A stretch of 64,000 nt of DNA from the NCBI RefSeq assembly GCF_009834535.1, contig NC_045696.1:62994001-63058000 (forward strand), read 5' to 3'. The notes under the pieces are model-generated. The model was not told where the DNA came from, searched no databases, and worked only from the letters and a program-made list of their open reading frames with translations. Source of the DNA: Camelus ferus. Lineage: Eukaryota. The translations under genes were made by a program, and so were the position numbers. This document shows, in pieces, positions 51,988 through 64,000 of the stretch; position 1 is the first letter of the stretch, and each line of letters begins with the position of its first letter.

Positions 51988-52733
51988 CAAGGGCACATTC
52001 TTAGCATTGGTGCACATCAAATAAGCTTGAGAGTAGGATCACAGCCCCCCAGCTAAATTGTGAGCACCCTTGAAGGCCTGAATTGAACATAGCTCCTGTC
52101 TTGTAATAATCTATACTTCAAAGAATCACCCCCCACCTCATCTAGAGATCCTCGGGCATTTTGAGATGAGTCCCATCTTATTAGGCTCATAAAAGCTCTT
52201 CTAACTGAATTAATTTGCTCCAGGTAACTTGGGTAGAAAGCCTGAACACAAAAGAAAATTAAAACAGCCCCAAAGCGGTGGTGATCTCCATATTATCGCG
52301 AAAGTGATAGCCATTTAGATTCTAATCAGAGGAATAACTGAAATTCTCAACATCTCCACTGTGCACCAGGGAAAACTGAGAATAGTTTCTCATCTGAACA
52401 GATTGGAAATCTCTGTTGCAAAATTTCTATAGGATCACTGTGGGGATGACAATAAACCTGTGATGTTGCAAAACCTAGTCTCCTCCCAGCACAGCCCAAA
52501 CACTGACAACCTTCATCTCTCAAGTCTGAATAGTCCCTGACGCATACAAATGGCTTTGACATATGCAGACACTAAGATACAGCCGGGTTAAGTAACATAG
52601 GCCAGGTCATGCCTTTAATTAGTGTGTTGGCTCTTGGCTGCCATCTGAGGTTACTCCATTACCAACTTGATTGATATTCATGCCCCAGTGGTAAAATGAG
52701 ATTTTCAGAGGGAAAAGAAGCACAAAACAATTT

Positions 52734-52735
52734 GA

Positions 52736-52809
<74 letters not shown>
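52734..52809. repeat. (GAAA)19 tetranucleotide microsatellite
   Basis: Perfect repeat read directly. Confidence 0.97.
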
Positions 52810-52810
<1 letters not shown>

Positions 52811-54154
52811 GGCTTAAGTGTTTGTTCCCAGGCTTATCTCTTTGGACGTGGCTTTGGGAAATGGCTTAGTCAGTAGTTTTCCTTCCAAAAGATTTTTTTT
52901 TCCCTACCACTACCATGTCAGGTGTTGGCAAGAATCAGAGGGAATTTTAAAAGACTGGAAGTTCTTTGCTGTGTGTTATAGCCTACCTTGGAACAGAAAG
53001 CCCCAGTATAGTCTTGTTTTCCCTCCCTCTCCCCTCCCCTCCCTCTCTCTCCCCTCTCCCTCCTACTTTCCCTTTTCTTCTTCTTCTTTTTCCTTCTTCT
53101 CATTCTTCCTCTTTTTGTTCTCTCTCTCTCTCCCTCTCTCCCTCTACACACATGCACAAGATCATTAGTTAGTGGAGGGAGTTTGGGAGAAGAGAGAGAA
53201 GCCAGCAGACTTTTAGGTGCCTTTCCAATTCCCCATTCAGTGAACTTGGGTAAAACAGCCGTCTTCCTCAGCATATGGCCCAGAGAGTCACCTGCTAATT
53301 CTGCGGACCTAGGATCTAGCAGCGGCTCTTTAGTTAACGCCAAGTACAGAGAGGCTAGAAAGAGCAGGAAATCTGAATTCCCACAGAGATGGCTCACTTG
53401 GTGATACACTGAATTTCCATCTGTAAAGTGGAGAAGACAAACACTAAAAACCTTAAGCGTTCTTCTGATAAAATTTGTCCTTTTTATAAAATAATAACCA
53501 AACAGAAAAATGAAGAGCTATATCCCTACCAACATGTGTAATTTCAAAATAGCGCAAATCCTTTCAATGTTTTTCAAAAATTCTAAAAGTAATAGTCCAC
53601 AAAAAACATTTAAAATTAAAAAATAAAATGATCCACAAACACACTGACCCCACCCGCCTGCTGCCATGAAGCCCTATCAACTGAAAAGAAGCTGGAGGAA
53701 GGTCAAAGACGATGCAGCGAGGGCAGTTAGAAGCCAAACCAAACCCCATGGCTGCTTGGTACTGTCCACGCTCCCAACTCCAGTGCCCTCCACACCCAGA
53801 TTCTCCCTGAAATGCTCTCCCTGTCCCACCCTTCTCTTTCTTAGCTAAATAGATTATTTAAGCTGATTTCAGTAAGAAAAGGAAATCCTACCTCTTTCCA
53901 AGGTGGAAGGTAGGGGAGAACTGTCCTCAGCAAATACAGGATTTACTTTATTAGCTTGTGGTGGTTGTGATAAGACTGTAAACATTCCCAGAGAATGGTT
54001 AAAAAAACAAAAACAAGAAAACAACAACAAAACCCTAAATCAAAGCGCAGTATCAATCAGTAAGCAAGCATTCTTTGGTGCATCCATGCATCAGGCCAGC
54101 CAAAGGGAGCAGAGCCAGCTGCTGTGCAGGCAGGTGGGGAAGCCCAGCTCATTC

Positions 54155-54330
54155 ACATACCGTGTGCCGTCAGGTAAGTTACTTCACCTTTCTAAGCATC
54201 CATTTCTTCATTTGTAAAACGGGGATAATAACTGTCTACCTCAAAATGTTATTGGGAGGACTAAATGAAGTCATTCATGTAAGAGCAATCAGTCAGTACA
54301 TGGCACAATATATACCTAATGATGATGATT
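54155..54330 (+). mobile_element. MIR SINE fragment
   Basis: ggtaagttacttcacctttctaagcatccatttcttcatttgtaaaacggggataataac...ttattgggaggactaaatga. Confidence 0.85.
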
Positions 54331-54789
54331 ATCATCTATCTTCTTGGGGGTATCCTATAGGGTAAGGGACGGAGCGGGAAGGGGATATCCACAAAGATTC
54401 TGGGAATAACGAAGCCTGTGTTCTAGCTCCTCCAAAATGAGTTCAGTTAGCTTCTGAACAGCAAGTTCACTGTCCTAGAAGCTTCTGGGAACAGCTGGAG
54501 GAGCATGGGCTCACCCCCACTGCAACTTTCAAATAGAGGCGTTTACATCACAATGGCTAGAGGCCATCACTCACAGGGAAAGCTGCGTTTATATGAAGTG
54601 CACGCCTTGTTGAGCGGCCTTCTTTTAGTCACGTGGTCTGTGATAGAAAATTGGACTATCTATTCTTGGGAGAGGCCCTAGGGCCTGAGGGGAAGAAAGT
54701 GTTTCCCTGCATCCAAACAATCGCTTCAGAAGAGATTCTGGCTCCTCTGTCTCCCAAGGAGTTACAAGCAGAGTGCAAATTCCACCTCT

Positions 54790-54975
54790 GCCACTTCCTG
54801 TGGAAACGTGAGCAAGTTAGTCATCCTCTCTGAGCTCATTTTCCCATCGGAAAAGCAGAGTTGACATTACCTGTCTTGAAGTGTTGTCATAAGGATTAGG
54901 GATACTACATAACACAAACATATGATGCATGTAAACATACGACACCATGTGCCGCACTTTACAGACACTTAATAA
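54790..54975 (+). mobile_element. MIR SINE fragment
   Basis: gagcaagttagtcatcctctctgagctcattttcccatcggaaaa. Confidence 0.7.
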
Positions 54976-55279
54976 ACAATCGTGTTTCTTGGACCAATTG
55001 GAGTGGCTTGTGGTCATTCCTGGATGAGAGAGGAGTGTTCCCTCACGTGAACACTAAGAGGTATATGACCAACACTTAGTGTAGATTCATACTGGTCCGG
55101 AAATGAGGAGACCTGGGGCAAGTCACACTCAAAACCTGAGTCTCAGGCTTCTTGTATGAAAATGAAGGGGCTGGACAGAGGCCACGTTGCACAGACTCGG
55201 ATTGTGTGGTTCCGGCGTCTAGACCTCTGTTCCTGGGCTTGCTGAGTAATGAGAACATACAGAGCATTTATAGCACTTG

Positions 55280-55780
55280 AGTATATAACCCAGCCATCCC
55301 GCTCTCGGGTTTATATCCAGCAAAGGAATGTGAATGTGTTCAAGAACATTCATTGTGGGGCTATTTGTAAAAGCCAGAAACAGCCCAATGTCCAATAACA
55401 GGAGAATGGATAAATAATTGTGGGATATTCACACAATGGAACACTATGCAGCCATGAGAATCAACAGTTACTGTTACACACACACAGTGGATGGCTCACA
55501 GAAATAAAATGTTAAGTAAAAGAAGTCAGACATAAAAGAGTACACACTGATTCCATTTATATGAAGTTCAAAAACAGGCAAAATTAATCCATGATGTTAG
55601 AAGTCAAGATAGTGGTTACCCCCGGGTGATGACTGAAGAAGGTGTAAGAGAAGTTTCTGGGGTGCTGGTAAGGCTCTTGTTTACTGATGAAGGTAGATCT
55701 GCTTTGAAAACACACAGAGCTGAACACTTATTTGTGTGTGTCCTTATCTGTATATGTGTTATGGTTCAATAAAAAGTTTA
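55280..55780 (+). mobile_element. Ancient L1M (L1ME/MD-like) 3' end
   Basis: acccagccatcccgctctcgggtttatatcc...aatgtccaataacaggagaatggataaataattgtgg...ttccatttatatgaagttcaaaaacaggcaaaattaatc...ttcaataaaaagtt. Confidence 0.85.
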
Positions 55781-55844
55781 TATAAAAAGTATGCAATAGA
55801 ACCCTTTTCAGTCTCCAGGATCTCTAATTTTTATTTCTTCCTCT

Positions 55845-56210
55845 GTGTCAGACACTGTCCTGGCGACGGCATACGGAGACAAATAAGACAAAGCATCTAC
55901 TGTCAAGGAGGTCACAGCTTGGAGGGAAGACAGATGGGTAAACACACAATGACAGTGTAATAAAGGGCTATGATGCAGATTCAAGCTGATAAATTGGAAA
56001 CCCAGAGAGACAGAGGAGGCAACATTTGAACTGGGTCTTGAAGAGCACTCTAGGCAGAGACAACCACATGTGTAAGTAGAGACTAGAGAGCGGGGTTAAG
56101 AAGGGTCAAGAGTTGATGAGGAGAGACATATAACCTGTATCCCAGGCGGAGCTTGATGGACTGTGGTGTAGTACAACAGGGAGCCACTGAAGGGTCTTTA
56201 AGCAGTTGAG
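55845..56210 (-). mobile_element. L2 LINE fragment
   Basis: ctctgtgtcagacactgtcc...catttgaactgggtcttgaag...agggagccactgaagggtcttaagcag. Confidence 0.7.
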
Positions 56211-56289
56211 ATCTTGCAAAAGCACCTCCCATCACATCAACCTTTTATCTTCCAGTCGTGTGGATGAAACGTCCTCTCCTAGAAAAGAC

Positions 56290-56449
56290 CAGCTCCTCCA
56301 CGCCTATACACAATGCCATCCCTTCTTATCTGTTCAAGAACATGGCTCCATCAATGCCCCCTCTCTCCCCTGCATCACCAACTTTTTCTTCCTATTGGGT
56401 CTTTCATGTTAACACACAGACGTGCAATTATTTCTCCCATCCTAAAAAC

Positions 56450-56480
<31 letters not shown>

Positions 56481-57190
56481 TGCTCTTGACCTCATTTCCC
56501 CTTCCAGCTATCATTTCACTTCGTTCTCTTTTTGGCAAAACTCCTAAAAACATTGTTAATGCTTGCAGCTTCCACCTTCTATCCTCCCATTATCTATTAA
56601 ACACACTTCAACTGAGTCTTCACTTCCAGAACCCCATCAAAACAATGATGCCCACATTGCTATGCCCAAAGGTCAGTTCTCCAGTCTTCGCCTTACTTGG
56701 TGTATCTGTAGCATTTGACTAGTTAATGACTCCTTGTCCTCGAAACACTTTCTTTACTTGACTACCAGGGCACACTGCTGGCTTTCGTCCTACTTTATAC
56801 CCTGCTCTTTCTCAATCTTCCCTGATTCCTCCTCATCTCTGGACCTCTTTATCTTGAAGTTACCCCAAAGCTCAGTCTTTGGATCTCTTTTTTATCTAAA
56901 AGCATTATCCTGGTGATCTCATTCAGTTTCATGTTTTAAATTATATCAATAAGCTGATTACTCTCAGAACTATATCTGTGTGTGGCCCATATTTCCCCCT
57001 CTGGATTTTCAGACACATCCATCCAACTGCCCACTTGACAACTCCACTTGGATATTTGATAGGCATCCAAATCTCACACGTCTAAAACTGAACTCACATT
57101 CCTGAAACCTGCTCCTCCTATAGTCATCCTCATCTTGGGATGGGCAACTCCATCCTTCCAGTTCCTCAGGTCAAAATGGTCATCTGATTC
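56290..57190 (+). mobile_element. L2 LINE fragment
   Basis: Pyrimidine-rich sense L2: gcatttgac...ccttgtcctcgaaacactttct...atccaactgcccacttgacaactccacttggat...gtctaaaactgaactc. Confidence 0.85.
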
Positions 57191-58637
57191 TTCTCTTACA
57201 TAATGAGCCCAAACTGTCAGCATCACGATGCTGAACGGTGGGAATTAACAGGGGATGGAGCAGTAATGTCACGTGCAGCTGTCTAATGGACTGCTGAGTG
57301 CAAGCCTGAACATCAAGTTTGGGCATTGACCATTGTCCTTTAAACAGAGTGTGGCCGCTTGTACTATATTCTTAAACACCTCACAAACAGCAAAGTTCTT
57401 TATTATGAATGAATGAAAAATAGAATAATGAGTAGTAGAGAGCAATTATTCGGCCTTAGTTGGAAAGCATTGTGCAGAATTTAGTTGGTCTCAAACTAAA
57501 TGCCTCACCTTATTAGGGAAATTCTCTGCTGGGACTCATAGCCAAAGGTCAACCACCAACTTTATACCCCACACTGAATTTCCAACGTGGGCATATAGTT
57601 GATTAGAAAATAAGCAGGACTTCCTGTGACTAGTACAAAGCCCACTGGCTAACCAAGGGCTCTTGTCTTTCAAAAAAAAGGATCTAAGACGATCACTGCA
57701 AATGCTTGGCATTCATGCCTCCATTCCCTCGTCTTGTGTGCTCGAAGACATTGCTAATCAATCTTGGTACTCTTTACCTCTGGACGTGGGATTAGCTTCA
57801 GAATCATTTTTAATCTGGTAGCCCAAGCAGTACCAATTGAGTAGTACCAAGCACTACCAACTGAGCTATCAGTTTTGGCAAACAACTTTAAGCCTAATTG
57901 GCCTCCCTCGTCTGGTCCTTGCTAAGTATTGGCAGTGAATAAATCACAAAGATGATCAACAACACATCATACAAAGTTATCCAACAATAGCCTCCTATGA
58001 TTAATTAAAGTGTGAAACTTTGAAGTCCCTTAAAATGGTTCTAAGTATGTATATGGATTAGTCAGTGTTTATAAAGTGCTCACGTATCATGTAAGAACAG
58101 CCAGCTCTCCTGAATTACCAGTTTAATCCAACTAAAATGAATATAGGAACTTCAGTAAATGGTAATTAACTTTTTAATTGAAAGAATTGGGTTTGCCTTC
58201 TTAGGAATTAAGAAGGCTTTGGGGGATAATTTGGATGATCCAGATTTCTTTAGAGAAGAAAAGAAGCTGCCAAGGGAAATCTGAACTGTGGCCTTCTCTT
58301 TTCCTTAAAGAGATGACATTGGCCAATGTTTCTTGAGGCCTGCTCTATGCCAGGCATTGTGCTGAGGGCTCCAGCAAGCAAAATGATTCAGACTCATTCC
58401 ACTGACCTCAGAGCTGCACTTGTGGGCTCATTCTTTACAAAATAATTGTTGCATTGCTTAAATATTTGAGGACTTTACTACAGAGTTTGATTGCATCCTA
58501 GCTGTTGCCTTTTTGGTTTTCTTTTTTCCTCTCTTTCTCTCTTTAATATATATTTTAGTGTTTTTACTAATTTGCTTTAATTTACTGTAATCATTGGAAA
58601 GTTCTGCCCCAATGGCTGGAATCTACAGGTACTTCTG

Positions 58638-58795
58638 CCAGGATTTCTCAACCTTAACTGCACTTCAGAGTCACCCAGGGGAGCTTTTAAAAACTCTGAT
58701 GCCCAACGACACCCCAGACTAGTGAAATCAGAATCTCTGGGATGGGACCCAGGCATCAGTATTTTGAAAGTCTCCAAGTACTCCTAATGTGCTTA
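58638..58795. mobile_element. MER5A/MER5A1-like hAT-Charlie MITE
   Basis: tttctcaacctt...gagtcacccaggggagcttttaaaaa...aatcagaatctctgggatgggacccaggcatcagtatttt. Confidence 0.85.
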
Positions 58796-59179
58796 GGTCA
58801 AACAGCATGTTGGACTCTCTTCCCTAAATGGAAGTAGGCAGGTATCCCTCCTTGTCACTCAAAAAATACTTGCTCATGCCTGAAGCAGACCACCCAATGC
58901 TACTGGATTTAGTCAGCTCAGTTCTCTAGGAAGAGCATTTGTTTCTCTGGTCTCCAGTTATCATACAGTAATCAGGTAGTTACAAAAAAGCCTTTGTAAA
59001 CGTTACCTATTCTTGACCTCCAGAAACTGTCACTTTTGGTTTGGTTTCCTTCTTCTCACCACTTGATGAAATGGGAGACTGTATGGAGAAGACTTTACCC
59101 ACATCAAGGCCTTAATCTAAGGGTCTCTGAGAAAGAAAGTTTGGAATGAATGTCAGTCTAAATTCCATCCCAAATTCCC

Positions 59180-59602
59180 TTGTTTATTACTTTTATAGGA
59201 CTGCTGTGACAAAACTAGGTGGCTTAAACCAACAGAAATTTATTCTCTCACACTTGTAGGGGCCAGAAGTCCAAAATCAAGGGGTCAGCAGGGACATGCT
59301 TTCCCTGAAGGCTCTGGGGAAGAATCCTTCTTTGCCTCTTCCTACCTTCCAGTTACCAGCAGTCCTTGGCATTCCTTGGCTCACATCTGCACCACCCCAG
59401 TCTCTGCCTCAGTTACCACCTGGCCTTCTTCCCTGTGTCTCTCTCTGCTTATAAGGACACTGGTTATTGGATGTATGACCCACCTTCATCCAGTGTGACC
59501 TCATCTTAACTTGATTACATCTGCAAAGATTCTACTTTCAAATTCGATCACATTCACAGGTTCCAGGACACAAATTTGAGGGGACACCACTGAGCCCAGC
59601 AC
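59180..59602 (-). mobile_element. MLT1 (MLT1B/C-like) MaLR LTR
   Basis: ctgctgtgacaaa...ggtggcttaaaccaacagaaatttattctctcaca...ccagaagtccaaaatcaagg...gacctcatcttaacttgattacatctgcaaaga. Confidence 0.88.
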
Positions 59603-60539
59603 AGCTCATATACTACTTGTGGGTATTCTTTTTCTTCATCCCTAGAATGCGGGCAGTAAAAACATCATAGTCCACTTGTAAGTCTAATTAGATACTTAAT
59701 ATTTCTCTAGAATATTGAAAGAAAGCCATCTGCCTATAGTCAAAAGAAAACAATTTGGCTTATTAGGTTGACCTTTTAAATGTTTTTAAGACAGAGGGAT
59801 GAAAAAGGCAGGTATCATGCTTGTGTTTTTTTCAGATTTTATTCCACATTTTTAGCCATTTCGCTGTCATCTTGCCCATTTAGAAATAGGAAATGTCTAA
59901 TACTTGAAGTGTAATCAACTCATTTTTTTTCCTAATGAAGCTTGACAAATATGTAACAAATGAATACCCACAAAGGAACTGAACTGCAAACTCATTTTAT
60001 CATTCAAATTTAATGTCGTAACTATTCATTTAGATGGCCCCACGAAGCTCAAAGGGGAGCCCAGGTTAATAGTCCAGACTTGGTAGGAATTCCTATGAGA
60101 AAATTATTTAACACCAGTTGCTTCTATTTCATCAGCAACTTTCTTTTACGAAACTTGAGGCAGGTTTGAGCTAGATCTATTGTTTACATTGCTCATCTGC
60201 CCCATGCCCAGGTGTATTTGCAAAATTAAATTGTGCTAGCTTTGAGGAATGAGAAGAGGCATTTAGAAAATCCCCAATGTCCCCAAGGTTCCTGAGCTGA
60301 CCTAGAGGTCTGGGTTTGGGAATTCACTAGTCCCTCTTCCATTTCTTCCTGTCATTTGAGCTGTCACCTTGAAGATGTCACAGCACACATGTACTTCCTT
60401 CTGTGAAATGAAGCCCATGATCATTGGCTATGAAACATCGAGGGAGCTGACAGAGCAGCCAGGAGTTGTTAATTTTTTCTCACTGGCAAGTTGCACCAGC
60501 TCTGTGCTCAGAAAGGGAGCAGGCAGTAGCAGCTCAGGG

Positions 60540-60750
60540 ATGCAGACTCCAGAGGTGGACTGGCTGGGTTCAAATCTTAGATCCACTTGGGGGGAGGAGG
60601 GGCAAGATACTTAACTTCTCTAAGCCTATTTGCTCATCTGCAAAAGGAGGATCATGACAGTGCCTGCATCATGGAGTTGTGTGGAAGTAACGTGACAGTG
60701 ACTGTAGCATAGTGCCCAGCACATAATAAGCCCTTAGTGAATTCTAGCTC
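60540..60750 (+). mobile_element. MIR SINE fragment
   Basis: ctgggttcaaatc...gggcaagatacttaacttctctaagcct...catctgcaaaa...agcatagtgcccagcacataataag. Confidence 0.8.
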
Positions 60751-61624
60751 TTATTAACTTGAGCACCAATTTTACTGAATGTTCATAGACGCCTGGATCA
60801 GAATCTTGAGAGGTTATGTTCAGGCTTCATGGGAAGGAATGACCTGGTAAATTAGTCTAGATGTCTGCCCTGGGTACAGAAAAGAAGAGTGGGTTTACTG
60901 GAGCCACACATTTGCCTTTCCTATAGGAAAACGTCAAATTCATCTCTGTCTTCCCATGAACCTTTCCAGGACCCTCCATGTGACACAGCAAATGTGCAGA
61001 GAAATAATTACTTGGTTAGTTCTTCTTGCCATAGTGGTGTGAGGCAGGAAGAGGAGTAGGATTCAGAGCCTGAGACAAAATCTCTCTCTCCAAGATAGTT
61101 TTTGACATCTCCCTTCTGTGAGTCAGGCGATCACCGAGACTACACAGAGTCTTACCAACAGGTAAATCCTTGCTTTGAGATGGACCGGGGGCTGGTGTGC
61201 AGTGGTGAAGTAAAAACCTAAACAACCAGAGGCAGGATGCTATAGAGGAAGGAACCACGGCCGATCCCAGCTCCTCTGACAACCCAGCCCACAGCCAGGG
61301 CCTCTCTGGTCCTCCGTTCCCTTATCTACAAAACAAAGATGATAATCTCAACCGGGGTGTTGTGAGGCTCAAATGGCATAAGCCATAAAGACAGGCTCTA
61401 CAAAAGGAGTTATAGGAGTCGGGAGTAAAGTGTGAAATTTCACCTATCCATCAAGAGCCTAACTAAGCATCAAAAACTGTATAGTCATCTGCATTCAACC
61501 TATCGGCCTTTCCCCTCAGTTTCACTCCTTGGTACTTCCTGTCACCCTCTCTGTCTATCCCCATCCTGGTATAAGTATTAAAGTCTGATTGAGCCTCCAC
61601 CTTGCCTCTCACAGCAAGTTCTTA

Positions 61625-61773
61625 TTGTTTATTTATTTATTATTTTTCTTTGCAGGGGGAGGGGTGTTATTGATTTACTTAATTTTTTTTTAATGGCAGT
61701 ACTGGGGATTGAACCCAGGATCTCGTGCATGCTAAGCACGTGCTCTACCACCGAGCTATACCCTCCCCCCTTT
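61625..61773 (-). mobile_element. Camelid tRNA-Ala-derived SINE (Vic-1-like) with perfect 14-bp TSD
   Basis: gtactggggattgaacccaggatctcgtgcatgctaagcacgtgctctaccaccgagctataccctcccc; TSD acagcaagttctta at 61611-61624 and 61774-61787. Confidence 0.93.
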
Positions 61774-63249
61774 ACAGCAAGTTCTTAGCCAAGGCCTGTG
61801 GAGCCTTCTGGGATGGGGTGGGGGATGGTCACCACCTTATTTGGCTAGAAGATAGACTTTAATCATGCTGCTCATTCAAAGCTAAATGCTGCTGATGAAA
61901 GTATGTGGCTCCAGAGGCAACATCCCAACCCAAGCCTCTGGACAAATAAGAAACAAAGCCAAGAATTCCAAGCACTGGCCCACCAACCACCCCATTTTCA
62001 ATTGCTGTGGCCACATACAGCCGTGATCTTGGGTAAGTCCCATACACTCTCCAGGCTTCATTCCCTCTGTTCATCTGAGATCTGTGCCTGGAGTTGGAGA
62101 AGCAGCCAAGGAGAGAACCAGAGCCTCCCAGTCCTGCTGCATCACTCAAGGCTGGGAATTCCAATAAGCTAGGAAGGAGCCATGGAGGGAAGGACATGGG
62201 CTAAGGCGGAAGATTCCAGAAGGACCCTCAAGCCCACAATGCCTGCAAGGGCCAAACACCAGGGCTGCTCAGAGTTATGAGCCACCATGGAGCATCAGTG
62301 TCTTAGGATGAGATGAACCAAAAATAAGCAGGAAACATCGCTTGAATACAGTCTTCCCGGTGGGGCTTGACTTAGCTAGGTTCAATGTTGGCTGTTTATT
62401 TCAGATCTGTGGCAAAGGAAAAGTGAGCTCTGTGTGCAGACTAGTAGCTGGGTCCCAGGACAAGCAGAACAGAAGTACACATCAGCTCTGGAAGGAAAAG
62501 CCAATTCGCCCTTCAGGGCGGCCTGGGGGCTGTTTCTGTTCTGCCTACCCTACAAGTTACCCAAGGTAAAAGTTAAGGGAAAACTTCATGAAGAATCTGT
62601 AAATTATTAAATGTTTTTCGAGAAAGAGTTTGGGAAATGGAAAAAAATGAAGATTGCAGTGGTTTTTTTCCCACTGTTATGATGCCAGGGGAGCAGCCCA
62701 AGGAGGGAAGGGGCCCAAAAGGATGTTGTGGTACTTGCAGGGATCAGAGTCTTAAATGGACATTAGGATCACAGGCCACAGTGTGGGTGGGGAGGAAAAG
62801 AAAATACAATGCTTGCCCCCTACCCCCAGCCCAGACCAAGTGAGTCATGTTCTCTAGGGGTGGAGCTAGGGCTTGGAGGGGAGCTGGTTATTGCTGTGTT
62901 GTTTGGGGTTTTTTAGCACCCTAGAGGGTTCTAAGGTTCTGCAAGGTGGAGAACTACTGTTGGAAAGTCTTCTCCAGAGCTGGAGGCTGGGGCTCAGGCT
63001 GTCCCATGGGAGCATGAGCACCCAGAGTTAACTGGAGGAAATTGGGGTTGAGAGAGGGGAGGGGCAGAAGGACGAGGGGGAAGTAGCCTGGTAGGAAGAA
63101 GAACGATCAGAACCTGAAAGGCCTGCCAACATTAATTGCTAAATTTGACCCTAGGAAAAGTTAAATTAATGTGTTGTGTCTTGTGCAGACACTGTGCTCG
63201 GAGCCTTGACAAGTGAGACATTATGCAATCATGACATCATGCCAACCCA

Positions 63250-63385
63250 GTGAGGCCAGCATCCATGCCCCAGTTACTAGAGGAAGAAAGAGAGGTCCAG
63301 AGAGGTGACGTGGTTTGCCTAAAGTCATCTGGCTGCTTGCTGGCTGAGCTGGGATTCCAGAACAGGTCTACTGATTCTAAGACCA
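63250..63385 (-). mobile_element. MIR SINE fragment
   Basis: gaggtccagagaggtgacgtggtttgcctaaagtca...gagctgggattccagaacaggtc. Confidence 0.7.
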
Positions 63386-64000
63386 GATGGGAGCACGAGT
63401 GAGGAGGCCCAGACTGAATTTTCTAGGAATGTTGGCACTGACTTGGACTGAACTTATTTTTATGAAGAAAAAAGAAGATGAGACAGATAGATTAATAAGT
63501 GCATGATACCAGGACATGAGAGCCACGCATTATCTGAGCACCTGGGAAAGCCTGAGGGAGATGCAACAATCAGGATTTCCAGGCCTCAAGATTCCCCTGC
63601 CCCTTGGCAGGAGGTGGGTGTGAACTTGTGCTGTTCTTACCCAAGCCCCAGGGGGACAAAGGCTGGAGTCCCGCAAGTAATTCCACGCCGGCAGGAAGTA
63701 CACCACTGCAAAGGTAGTCAGGGGCTGAACCTTGGTGCTGAGACTTGGTTTGATTCCCAGCAGTCAGCAGATCGGAGAGCAGCTGCCAGATGGGACATGA
63801 AACAGGAAGGGGAAGGAGGCACCGCACGTGTGGGTGGGTGGGTGGGAGCACGCACCACGCGCAGGGCGGCATCCGGGGCCCTCCCAGCCTGGTATCATCA
63901 CATCCAGCGCTTGCGAGCCCATTTCTTCCCTGGTCACCTCTGCCTGTCTCATGCTCAGAACATCCTGGGTTGGTGCCCTACTTTCTCCTGTAACTCTATT

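Noticed and set aside
1..64000. Prokaryotic-type systems (operons, CRISPR, defence islands) or a novel multi-gene system
   Set aside because: The sequence is CpG-depleted mammalian DNA dominated by interspersed repeats. There are no long ORFs and no spaced direct-repeat arrays.

Overview
Non-coding mammalian genomic DNA (intronic or intergenic), almost certainly from a camelid (alpaca/llama/camel). The taxon call rests on three tRNA-Ala(AGC)-derived SINEs of the camelid Vic-1 type and several cetartiodactyl-type L1 3' ends. I find no supportable protein-coding gene, rRNA, bona fide tRNA or CRISPR array. The ORF track is explained by random short ORFs, low-complexity DNA and retroelement remnants. 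The window is a mosaic of ancient repeats (MIR, L2, L1M, MLT1, MER5, MER21 nested in MER31, and an LTR16/ERV-L provirus remnant with degraded gag), younger TSD-flanked L1/SINE insertions, microsatellites and apparently unique stretches that look like enhancers. The most unusual items are: (1) a ~760-bp TSD-flanked composite retro-insertion (23481-24273) joining a young L1 3' tail to older L1M fragments in both orientations; (2) an ~800-bp purine-strand GAA/GAG/GCA tract containing a protamine-like Arg-rich ORF (47451-48295); (3) a twin-primed 5'-inverted L1 (49925-50626). Repeat family names come from recall of consensus sequences, not from a search, and boundaries of old repeats are approximate. 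I cannot support a claim of a novel biological system.
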